64,000 nt of DNA from Candidatus Nomurabacteria bacterium (GCA_023898585.1 CP060229.1:726587-790586); one strand, 5' to 3'; counted from the stretch's first letter, positions 46,963-57,758 are shown. A program made the numbers and translations. Notes: generated from the letters alone by a model not told the origin.

Positions 46963-48425
46963 TACGGAGCTATTTTATCACAGGCAGTTTTGATACGGGA
47001 GAGGGTTTCTTCTCTTCCTATTACATATGCGATAACAAATGGATCAGGCGATCTTTCTTTGCCGGATAAAGCAGTTCTAAGTGGCCACAATAGTTCACCT
47101 TTACCTACTTCTTCAGCGTAGCCCCATAGCGATTTCTTTATCGATTCGGCACTGGAAAAATCAGCCTCTGCAAGCAGTTCTGAAGCCATTTGCAAACGAA
47201 CTAAGGCGTCTTTGACTGACTGGTCGTTTTTGTACTTCATGAGATTGGTTTCAAACTCCGGTTTGACAAAAGCAAAGTCGAACTCCCCTGCTTCAGCCGA
47301 TTCCTTGATCTCTGATTTATTATGCACTCGCTCAAAAACAACAGTGATTAACTTGTTTAATTTATCGTCGTTGTACTGAGGTAATGATTTCAATTTATCT
47401 GGTAATGAGTCGCTCAGGTAATTCTTCAGAAAGTCCGAGTTCTGGAGTCTTAAGTATTCCTTGTTCATCCAACGTAACTTTTCTTCATTGAAAGCCCCGC
47501 CTGATTTCTGGATTTTCTCCAAGGAAAAATTGGCAATGAGCTCTTCGGTTGAAAATAATTCCCTGTCTCCACCGGGATTCCAACCGATTAGAGCGAGGAA
47601 ATTTCGCATTGTTTCCGGCAAATATCCTTCGTCTCTGTATTCGAGCAGGTCCTTTGCACCGTCTCGTTTACTCAGTTTCTTCTTTCCGTCCGTGCCCATG
47701 ATGGGTGGTAGGGTGGCAAATATTGGGTAAGGAATTTCGAGTGCGTCATAAAGGCTTAGAAATTTTGGTTGGCTGGAAATAAATTCTTGCCCACGCATAA
47801 CATGAGTCACTCCCATTTCCAGGTCGTCCACAATATGTGCGAAATTATATGTAGGATATCCATCGGTCTTTATGAGGATAAAATCATCCAACATTTCTTC
47901 CCCGGCCGACAGCGTGCCTCGTACTTGATCATACCACTCGTAACGTTTTATTTTAGGTACCTTAAAGCGTAGTGGTTTGGTGCCGTCCCACTTCCCTTCT
48001 GTCGTCGGGCGATGATTGCGGTAAAGAAAAGGTTTTTTGCTGTTTATAGCATCTTGCCGAAATGCCTCTGTCTCCTCCTCAGTGTAGGGGTCGGGATAAG
48101 CTAGACCTTTTTCGATCAATTTCTCCGCGTATTTTTTGTAAATATCAAGTCTGTCCGATTGTAAACAAGAATTGAATTTCCCTGGATTATCGGGACCAAA
48201 ATCCCAACTTATACCCAACCACTTTAGAGACTCTTGAATGTGAGCAATCGAGCCTGCCACCTCACGCGATTTATCAGTATCTTCAATGCGCAGTATAAAG
48301 GTGCCGTTGTGTTTGCGGGCATATAGGTATGCGAATAGGGCCGTTCTGACACCTCCGATATGCAAAAAGCCGGTTGGTGAAGGGGCGAAACGAGTTACAA
48401 CTTTTTGGTCTGGTTTATGATCCAT
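46962..48425 (-). CDS. gltX: glutamate--tRNA ligase
   Basis: HIGGVRTALFAYLYARK (HIGH) and KLSKR (KMSKS). Probable ATG at 48425, overlapping the murG stop. Confidence 0.9.
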   Translation of the reverse strand: MDHKPDQKVVTRFAPSPTGFLHIGGVRTALFAYLYARKHNGTFILRIEDTDKSREVAGSIAHIQESLKWLGISWDFGPDNPGKFNSCLQSDRLDIYKKYAEKLIEKGLAYPDPYTEEETEAFRQDAINSKKPFLYRNHRPTTEGKWDGTKPLRFKVPKIKRYEWYDQVRGTLSAGEEMLDDFILIKTDGYPTYNFAHIVDDLEMGVTHVMRGQEFISSQPKFLSLYDALEIPYPIFATLPPIMGTDGKKKLSKRDGAKDLLEYRDEGYLPETMRNFLALIGWNPGGDRELFSTEELIANFSLEKIQKSGGAFNEEKLRWMNKEYLRLQNSDFLKNYLSDSLPDKLKSLPQYNDDKLNKLITVVFERVHNKSEIKESAEAGEFDFAFVKPEFETNLMKYKNDQSVKDALVRLQMASELLAEADFSSAESIKKSLWGYAEEVGKGELLWPLRTALSGKERSPDPFVIAYVIGREETLSRIKTACDKIAP

Positions 48426-49527
48426 GTTCAATTCCGATTGATATAAGTATGCTGGCAATCTTCTCAGACGCGCCGTCTAAAAACATCCCTCTTGCGGCCT
48501 GTGACATTTTCGCTTGACGGGCTGAGTCATTGATAATAGAGTCAATTTCCTGTGTAAGCAAGTTTTTAGATAGATTGTGTTCTTCAATCACTGTAGCTCC
48601 TCCGGTTTCGGCGTAAGCATAAGCATTGGTTCTCTGGTCGCGACTGATGTCTTCCGGAATCGGAATTACAATAGATGGTTTACCGTGGCAAGCTATTTCA
48701 AAAAGAGTTGTGCTACCTGCTCGTGTAATTACAAGCGAAGATGCGGTCAGTAGTGAAGCAATCGTATTGGCACCGATATTCCCTTCGAGATAATAGTTAT
48801 CGAGAAGTGATTTGTCTTCAATCAACCCTTGTGCTACCAACTTCATTTCGTCGAGATTGGCCATTCCGGCTTGATGAAAGATTCTGTACCGTGGGAGTAG
48901 CTGATCGAGCGAAGTCAATATTAGATTGTTGATTCTCGTAGCACCGGATGAACCGCCGGTGACGTAAATCAGGGGTTTATCATTCGGTATTCCCAATAGC
49001 TCGTGTGGATTGGCCGGAGCTTGTTTGATGTCATTAAGGAGTGGTATGCCGACTAGCGCGGTTTTTTCCGAAGGAAAAAACCGCGCTACGTTATCGTAGG
49101 CTATACCTATGTAGCGCGCCTTTTTGATAGCCAGTTTGTTTGCGCGACCCGGTACAGCATCTGACTCATGAATGACAATCGGTATATTTAAGAAACGAGC
49201 CCCGGCCAGAATCGGTATGCTCGTGTACCCTCCTTTGCTGAAGATAACATCAGGATAAATAATATAAAGTTTATAGATAGCAATGAAAACTCCGAAAAAA
49301 TTTCTAAAGATATCTAATACATTTTGAACAGAAAAGTACAGTCGCAATTTACCTGCTGGACAGTATACGTGTCTTATTCCAAATTTTTCCAACAGTTCAT
49401 TGTTGTACGGAGAAGGTCCGAAATAATATAAGTCAGGTTTCTCCTCTCGAGTATTCAGTTCCTCCGCTACCGCCATGAGTGGATAGAAATGACCGCCGGT
49501 GCCTCCGCCTACGAATCCGATTTTCAT
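48415..49527 (-). CDS. murG: undecaprenyldiphospho-muramoylpentapeptide beta-N-acetylglucosaminyltransferase
   Basis: MKIGFVGGGTGGHFYPLMAV N-terminus. GT28 fold. Confidence 0.9.
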   Translation of the reverse strand: MKIGFVGGGTGGHFYPLMAVAEELNTREEKPDLYYFGPSPYNNELLEKFGIRHVYCPAGKLRLYFSVQNVLDIFRNFFGVFIAIYKLYIIYPDVIFSKGGYTSIPILAGARFLNIPIVIHESDAVPGRANKLAIKKARYIGIAYDNVARFFPSEKTALVGIPLLNDIKQAPANPHELLGIPNDKPLIYVTGGSSGATRINNLILTSLDQLLPRYRIFHQAGMANLDEMKLVAQGLIEDKSLLDNYYLEGNIGANTIASLLTASSLVITRAGSTTLFEIACHGKPSIVIPIPEDISRDQRTNAYAYAETGGATVIEEHNLSKNLLTQEIDSIINDSARQAKMSQAARGMFLDGASEKIASILISIGIEHGS

Positions 49528-49541
49528 ATCCTAATAGTGTA

Positions 49542-50660
49542 TCACGAGCTTTTTCTGAACGAGCGATATTTTGACACATTTAAGACGATGCCAAGTGAGG
49601 CTAAGGTGGACATAAGCGCAGTACCCCCATGACTGACAAACGGAAGAGGTAGTCCCGAAAGTGGGGCAAGAGCCACCATAGCAGACATATTTAGAAATGC
49701 TTGAGCAACTATGATGGTGATAAATCCAACTACCAGTAATGTGCCAAAAATGTCCTCCGCTTCAGTGGCGGTTTTGTATCCCCTCAGTGTCAAAAAAATA
49801 AAACTAATGATTAAAAAGATTGCACCGACGAATCCGAACTCCTCAGCGTAGACCGCAAAAATAGAGTCACCTATTGGTTCGGGTAAGTATTCGAATTTCT
49901 GTATGCTCTGTCCGAAACCTCGACCCACAACCCCGCCCGATCCGACCGCTATCAGGGATTGTTGTATTTGGTATCCGCTCCCCAGGGGATCTGCGTTCGG
50001 ATCGAGGAAAGTGGTGAGACGATCCATAATGTAAGGACGAAACACAGCAATTAAAGCGAGTAGTATAAAACCACCCACAATAATCACAGTCATGTCCCTC
50101 CATCTCGCTCCGGCTGAAAGGAACATAGCTAGGCCGGCAAACGTCATGATTAAAAACGTATCAGTGTCGGGTTGGACGAGCATGACAGCACCGACTATTC
50201 CAACGATTGTAACAAACGGTAGAAGTCCATATCTCCAATTACTTATCTTGTTATGCACTCCCGAGAACCAAGTGGCCAAATAGACTATAAAACCAATTTT
50301 TAGAAATTCAGAAGGTTGTACGGTGATAATACCGAGATCAAGCCAGCGCGTTGCACCGGAATGGGACATGCCGATTCCGGGAATAAAAACAGCCAAGGTC
50401 GCCAGTAATGAAACAATGAAAAAATAAAAGGCGTACTTTCGCCAATTTCTATAGTAGACGTTACTCATTATCAGTAAAGCCATTCCACCACCTATTACAC
50501 CGAAGACAAACTGATTGAATGCCACCGATCCAAAACTGGCCCCGTCACGTGCCATTAGTCCGAGCGAGGCTGAAGAAAAAATCAAAAAACCGCCTGCCAC
50601 CATCAGAACGATAAGAGCAAGTAAAATTGTGTCTACGGATTTCGGTTTTTTAATACTCAT
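49542..50660 (-). CDS. ftsW: SEDS-family peptidoglycan glycosyltransferase FtsW/RodA
   Basis: 10 TM, SEDS blocks. ATG at 50660 (MSIKKPK...). The track's start at 50744 is an upstream extension. Confidence 0.85.
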   Translation of the reverse strand: MSIKKPKSVDTILLALIVLMVAGGFLIFSSASLGLMARDGASFGSVAFNQFVFGVIGGGMALLIMSNVYYRNWRKYAFYFFIVSLLATLAVFIPGIGMSHSGATRWLDLGIITVQPSEFLKIGFIVYLATWFSGVHNKISNWRYGLLPFVTIVGIVGAVMLVQPDTDTFLIMTFAGLAMFLSAGARWRDMTVIIVGGFILLALIAVFRPYIMDRLTTFLDPNADPLGSGYQIQQSLIAVGSGGVVGRGFGQSIQKFEYLPEPIGDSIFAVYAEEFGFVGAIFLIISFIFLTLRGYKTATEAEDIFGTLLVVGFITIIVAQAFLNMSAMVALAPLSGLPLPFVSHGGTALMSTLASLGIVLNVSKYRSFRKSS

Positions 50661-51715
50661 GCGACATTTGCGATAATCACACCGATAACAGCACAAAAAA
50701 TGCTGATAATCCAATACCTCATCGTCACTTTTGTGGAAGGCCACCCAATTGCTTCAAAGTGATGATGAAGGGGGGCAATGCGAAAAAGTTTTTCACCGGT
50801 CATTTTTCTATAGATTACTTGTATGACACTTGATGCTACGGTCACAACGAGTGGTAAACCAACGATCAAAAGCAGAGCTATACCATTGCCGTCTCCTAGT
50901 TTGTCAGTCATAAAAACAACCGCGGCTAAAGACAAGGTCAAAGCCATGGAACCCGTTTCTGTCATCCAAAAACGAGCCGGTGGCACATTGAACCACAAAA
51001 AAGCCATTATTCCACCAACCACCGTCGCGCAAAATACCGCTAATTGAAATTGTGATTGAATGACCGCGATACCGGCGTAGGCGGTGAAAATAGCCGCGAA
51101 GACGCCCCCGGATAGACCGTCGATACCGTCGATTATGCCACTGGCATAAAGTGTCAAAGTAAGCAGTATGAAAAATGGAATAATCAAAAATCCAAGTTCG
51201 AGTGTTCCGTCAAAAGGAATATTTACTCCTGTAACTCCAAGTTTGTGAAAAAACCACCAACCCACGTAACCGGAAAGGATAGTTACAATAAGCAGTCGAA
51301 CGCTAAGTCTAAGGCCCTTGCCACCGTGAGTGACATCATAGAAATCATTTAAAAAACCGATCAACGCTCCCGCAATCAACATTACTACAGGGATCAGTGT
51401 TTGTGACCGACTCAAATAATCGAATTCCGCTAATGACGTTCCTGGAAATAGTGTTGATATAAAGGTTGTAATTAAAAGTGTTAGTAAAACACTTCCCCAA
51501 ATAACAATGCCTCCCATGCGAGGTGTTTTGGTTTCTTCATCACCTTTAAGGCGATTGAATTCAACAGCTTCCCTGCCCCCTAGTGCCAGCTTGCCACCCT
51601 GTTTTTTCCAAACTTTGAATTTATAAAGAAAGTGGGTTACAACTGGTGTGATAATGATCCCAACAGCAAAAGAAATCAGAGCCGGTATAAGAATGTTTAA
51701 AAGTGTTGATCCCAT
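50657..51715 (-). CDS. mraY: phospho-N-acetylmuramoyl-pentapeptide transferase
   Basis: MraY hydrophobic pattern, DD motif region, and position in the dcw block. Confidence 0.85.
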   Translation of the reverse strand: MGSTLLNILIPALISFAVGIIITPVVTHFLYKFKVWKKQGGKLALGGREAVEFNRLKGDEETKTPRMGGIVIWGSVLLTLLITTFISTLFPGTSLAEFDYLSRSQTLIPVVMLIAGALIGFLNDFYDVTHGGKGLRLSVRLLIVTILSGYVGWWFFHKLGVTGVNIPFDGTLELGFLIIPFFILLTLTLYASGIIDGIDGLSGGVFAAIFTAYAGIAVIQSQFQLAVFCATVVGGIMAFLWFNVPPARFWMTETGSMALTLSLAAVVFMTDKLGDGNGIALLLIVGLPLVVTVASSVIQVIYRKMTGEKLFRIAPLHHHFEAIGWPSTKVTMRYWIISIFCAVIGVIIANVA

Positions 51716-51721
51716 ATTGGT

Positions 51722-52717
51722 TTATTGTTGCGCCCCGACAGACTTTTGGACGGCCTTGACTAAGGTAAGAACATCGGTAAAACGACCGTTTCTTGAAGAT
51801 CCTAAAACGGTGATTATGATCGGGCGATTTAAACCGGCATCGAAAGCGACGGTTAGATTTCCTCCCGCCAAATCTGTATAACCGGTTTTTGAGCCGATCA
51901 TGTTGGGTATATCGAGAACCGCTTCGTTGGTATTAGAAATTTCGTGGTAGGCTCCTTCCGTATTGTATATTCTGGCGGTTGATTTTTGGGTGGGCGAGAT
52001 TATTTCCGGGTGGTTGGTTATTATATATTCCATTAAGAATGACACGTCTTTCGCGCTACCAACCGACCCCGGTTTTGTCGTTGAAATATCTAAACCGGTT
52101 GTATTCCAAAATTGTAATGATTCTAGACCCAGTTCCTTGGCTCGGATATTCATCCCATCAACAAACTGAGAGGTTGGGTCATTGTCTCCCAATAGGGCTC
52201 CAACACTAGCAGCTAGAGCAAAAGCTGCGTCATTGGACGAAGAAATCAAAGCTAATTCTCGCAATTTCTCTGCTTCGAATTTTTCTCCGGCTACCAAACC
52301 GCTACTTCCCTCTTGCATGATGGCGCTTAGTGAAACTGAAGCTTCAGTATTTTCCTCTACCAGTTCGTAGGCTAGCAGAGTGGTCATTAATTTTGTTATT
52401 GAAGCCAACGGTAATTGCTCATCAGCATTTTTACTGTAAAGAGCGCGCTGTCCCTTTACGTCCCAGACATAGGCTGAAGATGCGAATATTTCAATTTCTT
52501 CCAATTTTTCCGGTACTATTGGTTCTTGGGTCACAAATGCCGATGCTACCGGAGTTTCCGGAGTTAATACCGGTTCTGTGTCGTTCTTCCCCCACAATAA
52601 ACTACCAAACAGACCAAGTAAAATTACTCCCAAAATACCCAATTGGGCTATGATCGGGAACTTGTTTCTGGTGTTTATTTCATCGGTTTCGATGATGTAA
52701 TCAATATCTTCACTCAT
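51722..52717 (-). CDS. D-alanyl-D-alanine carboxypeptidase (S11, PBP5-like)
   Basis: SITKLMT (SxxK), SSN (SxN), KTGYT (KTG). N-terminal TM. Confidence 0.85.
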   Translation of the reverse strand: MSEDIDYIIETDEINTRNKFPIIAQLGILGVILLGLFGSLLWGKNDTEPVLTPETPVASAFVTQEPIVPEKLEEIEIFASSAYVWDVKGQRALYSKNADEQLPLASITKLMTTLLAYELVEENTEASVSLSAIMQEGSSGLVAGEKFEAEKLRELALISSSNDAAFALAASVGALLGDNDPTSQFVDGMNIRAKELGLESLQFWNTTGLDISTTKPGSVGSAKDVSFLMEYIITNHPEIISPTQKSTARIYNTEGAYHEISNTNEAVLDIPNMIGSKTGYTDLAGGNLTVAFDAGLNRPIIITVLGSSRNGRFTDVLTLVKAVQKSVGAQQ

Positions 52718-53238
52718 GTTTCTGTCGTATCAAAAGTATCTATTACGTTCATAAATTCAGAGAATTGAGGAAGCTCATGTTTATTAGATACACCAAGGTG
52801 TTGTAACAAGGCGGGGCTGATACGAAATTGAAATCCATTACCAGTTATTGATTCACGGATTATAAGACCACGAGTCAATAAATTTCGCAAAATAAATGAT
52901 GAGTTAACACCACGTATACGGTCAATCTCAACCCTGGCTATTGGTTCGCGGTAGAGAATGATTGCCAGTGTTTCAGCACCGGCTTTTCCTATGTCACCAG
53001 TTAGGTCTTGTCGGCGGAGTGTTTCAACAAACTCTGAAAGTTCTGAAGCGGTCGTGAGTTGGATTTCGGTTTCAGTTTCTATCAGTCTGGTCGCGCCGAC
53101 TTCAAGTCGTGCTTTTAGTACTGCTATGGCGGTAGACAACTCCTCATTATTCACATCAAAAAGCTTAAGCAATTTCTTTTTATTTTGTGGCGCCACCTTA
53201 TAAAAAAGCAACGCCTCAATGAGAACATCTAGAGACAT
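52714..53238 (-). CDS. scpB: segregation and condensation protein B
   Basis: Tandem winged-helix ScpB pattern. Adjacent to scpA. Confidence 0.8.
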   Translation of the reverse strand: MSLDVLIEALLFYKVAPQNKKKLLKLFDVNNEELSTAIAVLKARLEVGATRLIETETEIQLTTASELSEFVETLRRQDLTGDIGKAGAETLAIILYREPIARVEIDRIRGVNSSFILRNLLTRGLIIRESITGNGFQFRISPALLQHLGVSNKHELPQFSEFMNVIDTFDTTET

Positions 53239-53320
53239 GAAACCATACTAGCACAAAATATAGCCAATTTAAGCCGGTTGTTCACCAAATTCGTTGTTGA
53301 TCAAGGTCGACCTTAAGTTG

Positions 53321-54055
53321 TTAATAGTATTTAGGAGTACCGCTTTTTTCCAATTCAAGATGGATATCGTCAAATCGGCTGATTTGGGTAACAATTATGT
53401 TGCCTTGTTTAAACAGCTCTAAAATTGCTAGAAAACTAACGATAGTGTTTTTATGCTCCGTTTCGTTGGCTTTCATGTCGAAAAAACTGATTTTTATTTG
53501 ACGTTCAATGCGTTTTTGCAGATTAAGCATCATTTCTTCAAGTGATATCGTCGGACGTACTCTGGCAGTTGGTTTCGGCGTTGTTTTAGGTAGACTGCTT
53601 AAAACTCGGTAAAGAGCGCTTTGTAGTTCGGGAATGGTGCAATGTTCGTCCGGAGTGAAGAGAGGTTCTCGGGGTGGTACGTATTCCGGTTCGTACATCA
53701 TTTTTTTACCAAAGTGAGACTGAATTTCCAACGAAGCATCACGATAGACTTGGTATCGTCTAAGCCTTTCTTCCAGATCTTCAATGCTGGAAGTCTCTTC
53801 TTCAGTGAGATCAAGGACAGGTAAAAGCGATTTTGATTTTATAAGAAGAAGGGTCGCTGCTAGTGACACGAACTGTGCCGTATTGGGTAGTGAAAGCTCC
53901 TGCATGGCGCTTACTGTTCGCATGTATTCATCTGTTACCGTTGCTAGTGAAATATCGTTAATCAAAAGTTTCCGTTTTTCGACAAGTTCAATGAGAAGCT
54001 CCAGAGGACCTTCAAAGTGTTCTGTTTTGATGGCAAATGCGCTCGTTTCGTTCAC
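53321..54055 (-). CDS. scpA: segregation and condensation protein A
   Basis: FEGPLELLIELVEKRKLLINDISLATVTDEYM ScpA N-terminal signature. Confidence 0.85.
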   Translation of the reverse strand: MNETSAFAIKTEHFEGPLELLIELVEKRKLLINDISLATVTDEYMRTVSAMQELSLPNTAQFVSLAATLLLIKSKSLLPVLDLTEEETSSIEDLEERLRRYQVYRDASLEIQSHFGKKMMYEPEYVPPREPLFTPDEHCTIPELQSALYRVLSSLPKTTPKPTARVRPTISLEEMMLNLQKRIERQIKISFFDMKANETEHKNTIVSFLAILELFKQGNIIVTQISRFDDIHLELEKSGTPKYY

Positions 54056-54067
54056 GAGGACATTTTA

Positions 54068-54703
54068 TCATGACTCAGAAGTATAAAATCCTTCTTTCTT
54101 GAATTGTTCACTCATTACTTCGGCAAAACGTTTGATAGTAGGAAAGTTGTCGAGGTAAGGAAGCTTTATCCGGTCGTGTTGTTCTTTGGTTGTTTTTAAG
54201 TAATGTAAAGTCTTTCTTCCCGTCTCGTTATAGAGGTGGAAGACCGGCTCAATCTTATCGATCGCCTTTGCGAATTTTGCTTCAACTGTGGTTTGTTTGT
54301 CATACTCGTCAAGCGCTTCTCTGATTGCCTGTTGCATTATTTCTGGTAGCTTGACTATAACGTCTTCAGCGACAAAACGTTCGTTCTCCACCTCAGCCTT
54401 TGTCTTTTGGTATCCAATTTTATCGCCGGTGACAATTTCATCGATTTCATGATACTGGACCATGAGACGAATACGGTTAGCGTCTAGTTTTTCTTCAGTG
54501 TCTTCAAGGGGGAGAAAAAAGTCAATAAGACAATGCATACCAAAGATATGCTCCGCGTCTGATTCGGTGTGTTCCTCGTGATTTCGTTTGTGGTCATAGC
54601 GAATGATCCTTTTTAGTTCATATAGGATCTGAATTTTTTTGAGTTCAGATATTACAAAATCATTCGAATCAAAAATTTTTTGTCTGGTTTCTGTCAAGTT
54701 CAC
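54068..54703 (-). CDS. HD-domain phosphohydrolase (YfbR-like 5'-nucleotidase family)
   Basis: H...HD metal-binding pattern (AEHIFGMH ... HEIDEIVTGD). Confidence 0.6.
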   Translation of the reverse strand: MNLTETRQKIFDSNDFVISELKKIQILYELKRIIRYDHKRNHEEHTESDAEHIFGMHCLIDFFLPLEDTEEKLDANRIRLMVQYHEIDEIVTGDKIGYQKTKAEVENERFVAEDVIVKLPEIMQQAIREALDEYDKQTTVEAKFAKAIDKIEPVFHLYNETGRKTLHYLKTTKEQHDRIKLPYLDNFPTIKRFAEVMSEQFKKEGFYTSES

Positions 54704-54792
54704 TCTGACAGTCTAGCAAAAACAAAAATACTTGTTAATGTTTGATTAACAGAGTTGTTGAAAGTGAAGTTAACCTCACGCTAAAGGTGGTT

Positions 54793-56217
54793 TTAATATT
54801 CCTCGACGAACTTTATTAACAGCCGTACCGGCTCCCCGGTTGCTCCCTTGGCTAACTTGTCATGAGGGATGCTGGACATACGTGGTGCTATATCAATATG
54901 TGCCCAAGGTTTTTTCTTTGGAGCAAAAAATGACAAAAATATCCCCCCTTCGATACATCCGGCATAGCGGGAAAAATTAACATCAATATTGCTGATGTCA
55001 GCCCTGTGACTTTTGAGCATAGTTTTGTACTCACACCAAAGCGGTAGTGGCCACGCCAAGTCACCAGTATCTTCACCGAGTGCTACGAGTTTTTCTTGTA
55101 GCTCAACATCTTTTGTTAGCACGGCCGAAGCATGCTGACCGAGGGCCACAATTGACGCTCCGGTTAACGTAGCGATATCGAGTATGACTCTTGGCGAATA
55201 GTATTTTTCGGCGTATGTCATAGCGTCAGCCAAGACCATCCTTCCTTCAGCGTCAGTATGGAGTATTTCAACAGTCTTTCCTGACATGCTGGTCGCAATA
55301 TCACCTGCTCTCATGCTGTCGCCTGAAATTGAATTCTCTGCAGTCGCTATCACCGCTATGACATTTTTTTTAACACCCAGTTTTGCGATTGCCCGCATGG
55401 CGCCAATCACGGACGCTCCGCCAGACATATCAAGGTGCATATCATGCATGAACCCGCTCGGTTTGACATTAAGACCCCCACTGTCATAAGTGATACCTTT
55501 TCCTATGAGCGCGATCGGTGCTTCCTCTTTGCCCTTTTTTGTCTTGCCTCTTCCCCAATATTCCAAGACAATCAAACGGGGCTTGTCGGTAGCTCCTTTC
55601 CCGACAGCTTCCAAAAGACCCATTTTTTCTTTTTTAATACCTGTGAAATCAAGAATTTTTACAGTTACTCCGGTTCCTTTCATTACGTCCTTGGCTGTTT
55701 TTGCCAACAAGCTTGGTGTCATGTGTTCCCCGGTTGTGTTGGCTATGTCGCGGGTGGTGTTGATGGTGTCTCCGACGGTGAGTCCGGTCGAAAAGCTTCG
55801 CTTTTCGACCGGACTCACGATTCCGCAAACCAAAATTTCCCTCAATTCTTTCTCGATTCTTTTCTCAGTTTTATATTTCCTGAACTCATATTGAGCCAGT
55901 TGCAGGTTTTCTGCTAGGGTTCGAAAAAACCACGTATCGCCTTTTTCTTCAATTTCAGGACTACCCATAGGACCAACTTGAATAGCGATGTATTCAAGTT
56001 GGTGCGCTTTGGCTGATTGAACAATTGTCCGCACCAAAGTTCGGAAGCTTCTTGGAGTGGCTTTTTTTCTTTTCCCCGCTCCCATACGGTATTCGAGATG
56101 ACCATCATCAGCTTCGACTAATCTGTGCCAACTCGGTTTGTCTTCTGTTAAGATAACCCGGCAATACTTTTTCGGAGTGTCAGATAAGGATTTATTGGTT
56201 GGTGTTATTTTAGTCAT
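54793..56217 (-). CDS. pepA: leucyl aminopeptidase (M17)
   Basis: NTDAEGRMVLADA signature and ~470 aa length. Confidence 0.9.
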   Translation of the reverse strand: MTKITPTNKSLSDTPKKYCRVILTEDKPSWHRLVEADDGHLEYRMGAGKRKKATPRSFRTLVRTIVQSAKAHQLEYIAIQVGPMGSPEIEEKGDTWFFRTLAENLQLAQYEFRKYKTEKRIEKELREILVCGIVSPVEKRSFSTGLTVGDTINTTRDIANTTGEHMTPSLLAKTAKDVMKGTGVTVKILDFTGIKKEKMGLLEAVGKGATDKPRLIVLEYWGRGKTKKGKEEAPIALIGKGITYDSGGLNVKPSGFMHDMHLDMSGGASVIGAMRAIAKLGVKKNVIAVIATAENSISGDSMRAGDIATSMSGKTVEILHTDAEGRMVLADAMTYAEKYYSPRVILDIATLTGASIVALGQHASAVLTKDVELQEKLVALGEDTGDLAWPLPLWCEYKTMLKSHRADISNIDVNFSRYAGCIEGGIFLSFFAPKKKPWAHIDIAPRMSSIPHDKLAKGATGEPVRLLIKFVEEY

Positions 56218-57607
56218 CTAAGTGTTTTTTAACTGATATACCCAATTCTATCAACTGTTCAATTTCAAGTGGTTTGGGAGCATTCATGACTGCAGTTTGT
56301 CCTCTTCTAGTCATTGGGAAAGCTTGTACTTCGCGCAGTGATTCCTCCCCGGTTAAATTCATAACGTTGCGTTCCACTCCAAGAGCGATACCACCGTGTG
56401 GGGGTGTCCCGTATCTAAATTCTTCAAGTATATGTCCGACCTTATCTTCGATTTGTTCGTCGGTATTACCCATTACTTTATATACGGCCTTGATAATTTC
56501 TCCTTTGTGAGCGCGGATACTTCCACCTCCGGCCTCAAATCCGTTGCATACTAAATCGTATTGAGAAGTTAGGATATTTTCGATATTTTCTCCTTTCATT
56601 AGATCCTCCAAAAACTCTTTTTTAGGCATCGAAAATGGGTTATGTGTGAAGGTCCATGTGCCCTTATCGGTTTTCTCGAAAAAGGGAAAATCCACCACCC
56701 AGGCATAAGCTAAAATTCGATTTTTCTTATCCTCTTCCGTTCGTAAATCGAATTTATCAGCCCCGTATTTAGCCATTGCTTCTTGATAAGTTATTACCGG
56801 AAAAGGTTTTTGTTTTATGGTGTAGCCCATTTTTTCAACCGCTGAAGTGACCATTTCTTCGATAACCTGCATAACATCTTCTCGTTCGACAAATGACATC
56901 TCGACGTCTATTTGAGTGTGTTCGTAACCTCGGTCAGCCCGCAAGTCTTCGTCGCGGATAGCCCGCGCAATCTGAACATATCGCTCGAAACCCGCGTTCA
57001 TCAGAAGTTGTTTGTACTGCTGAGGTGATTGCGGGAGTGCGTAAAATTTCCCCGGGTTATGTCGACTGGGAACAACAAAATCGCGTGAACCCTCGGGAGT
57101 CGATTCGGTCAATAGTGGGGTTTCAATTTCCACAAAATCGCGTTCCATTAAAAAGTCACGGCAACGTTTTACAAATTCACTGCGAACCCTGATGTTTTTT
57201 TGCATCCTTTCGGTACGCAAATCGATAGAACGGTGTTTAAGACGCACTTCCTCATCCTTGCCAAGTGAATCTTCAGTTACGTCGTAGGGTGGCGTTTCAG
57301 CCTCGTTAATAATAGTAATGCCAGTTATTTCGAGCTCGATATCACCATTTGTAACCCCCTCTTTTACCATTTTTGCCGGTCGCTCGTTGACAACACCGGT
57401 CATGCAAACTACGTACTCCGGCTTTAAAGTCTTGGCAATTTCAAGCACGTCAGGTTTGCCAAAAACAACTCCCTGCACTATTCCTGACCGGTCTCGGATG
57501 TCGAAAAAAGCCATTTTACCTTGATTTCTTTCAACGTGAATCCAGCCTTTGATTTGAACTTCTTTCCCTTTTTGTTCACCAAGTGAACCAATTAGTGTTC
57601 TTTGCAT
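56210..57607 (-). CDS. aspS: aspartate--tRNA ligase (class IIb, bacterial-type motifs, no GAD insertion)
   Basis: LPQSPQQYKQLLM and IRDEDLRADRGYEHTQIDVEMSF (AspRS motif 2), GGGSIR. 465 aa. Confidence 0.8.
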   Translation of the reverse strand: MQRTLIGSLGEQKGKEVQIKGWIHVERNQGKMAFFDIRDRSGIVQGVVFGKPDVLEIAKTLKPEYVVCMTGVVNERPAKMVKEGVTNGDIELEITGITIINEAETPPYDVTEDSLGKDEEVRLKHRSIDLRTERMQKNIRVRSEFVKRCRDFLMERDFVEIETPLLTESTPEGSRDFVVPSRHNPGKFYALPQSPQQYKQLLMNAGFERYVQIARAIRDEDLRADRGYEHTQIDVEMSFVEREDVMQVIEEMVTSAVEKMGYTIKQKPFPVITYQEAMAKYGADKFDLRTEEDKKNRILAYAWVVDFPFFEKTDKGTWTFTHNPFSMPKKEFLEDLMKGENIENILTSQYDLVCNGFEAGGGSIRAHKGEIIKAVYKVMGNTDEQIEDKVGHILEEFRYGTPPHGGIALGVERNVMNLTGEESLREVQAFPMTRRGQTAVMNAPKPLEIEQLIELGISVKKHLDD

Positions 57608-57713
57608 AATTCTGTGCAGGATACAAAACGCCCCTGCAAATACATTAGTTAATTAATATATCCGCAGGGGCGATTCCTATCTTCTGGGATAAGTCGCGGT
57701 GCCACCCTACTTC

Positions 57714-57758
57714 CCCAGCCCTGCTTTTGAATGCTTACGTTTCAAAAGTAGGGCTGGG
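57714..57758. other. long hairpin (18-bp stem with one G-U pair)
   Basis: cccagccctgcttttgaa-tgcttacgt-ttcaaaagtagggctggg. Confidence 0.6.
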
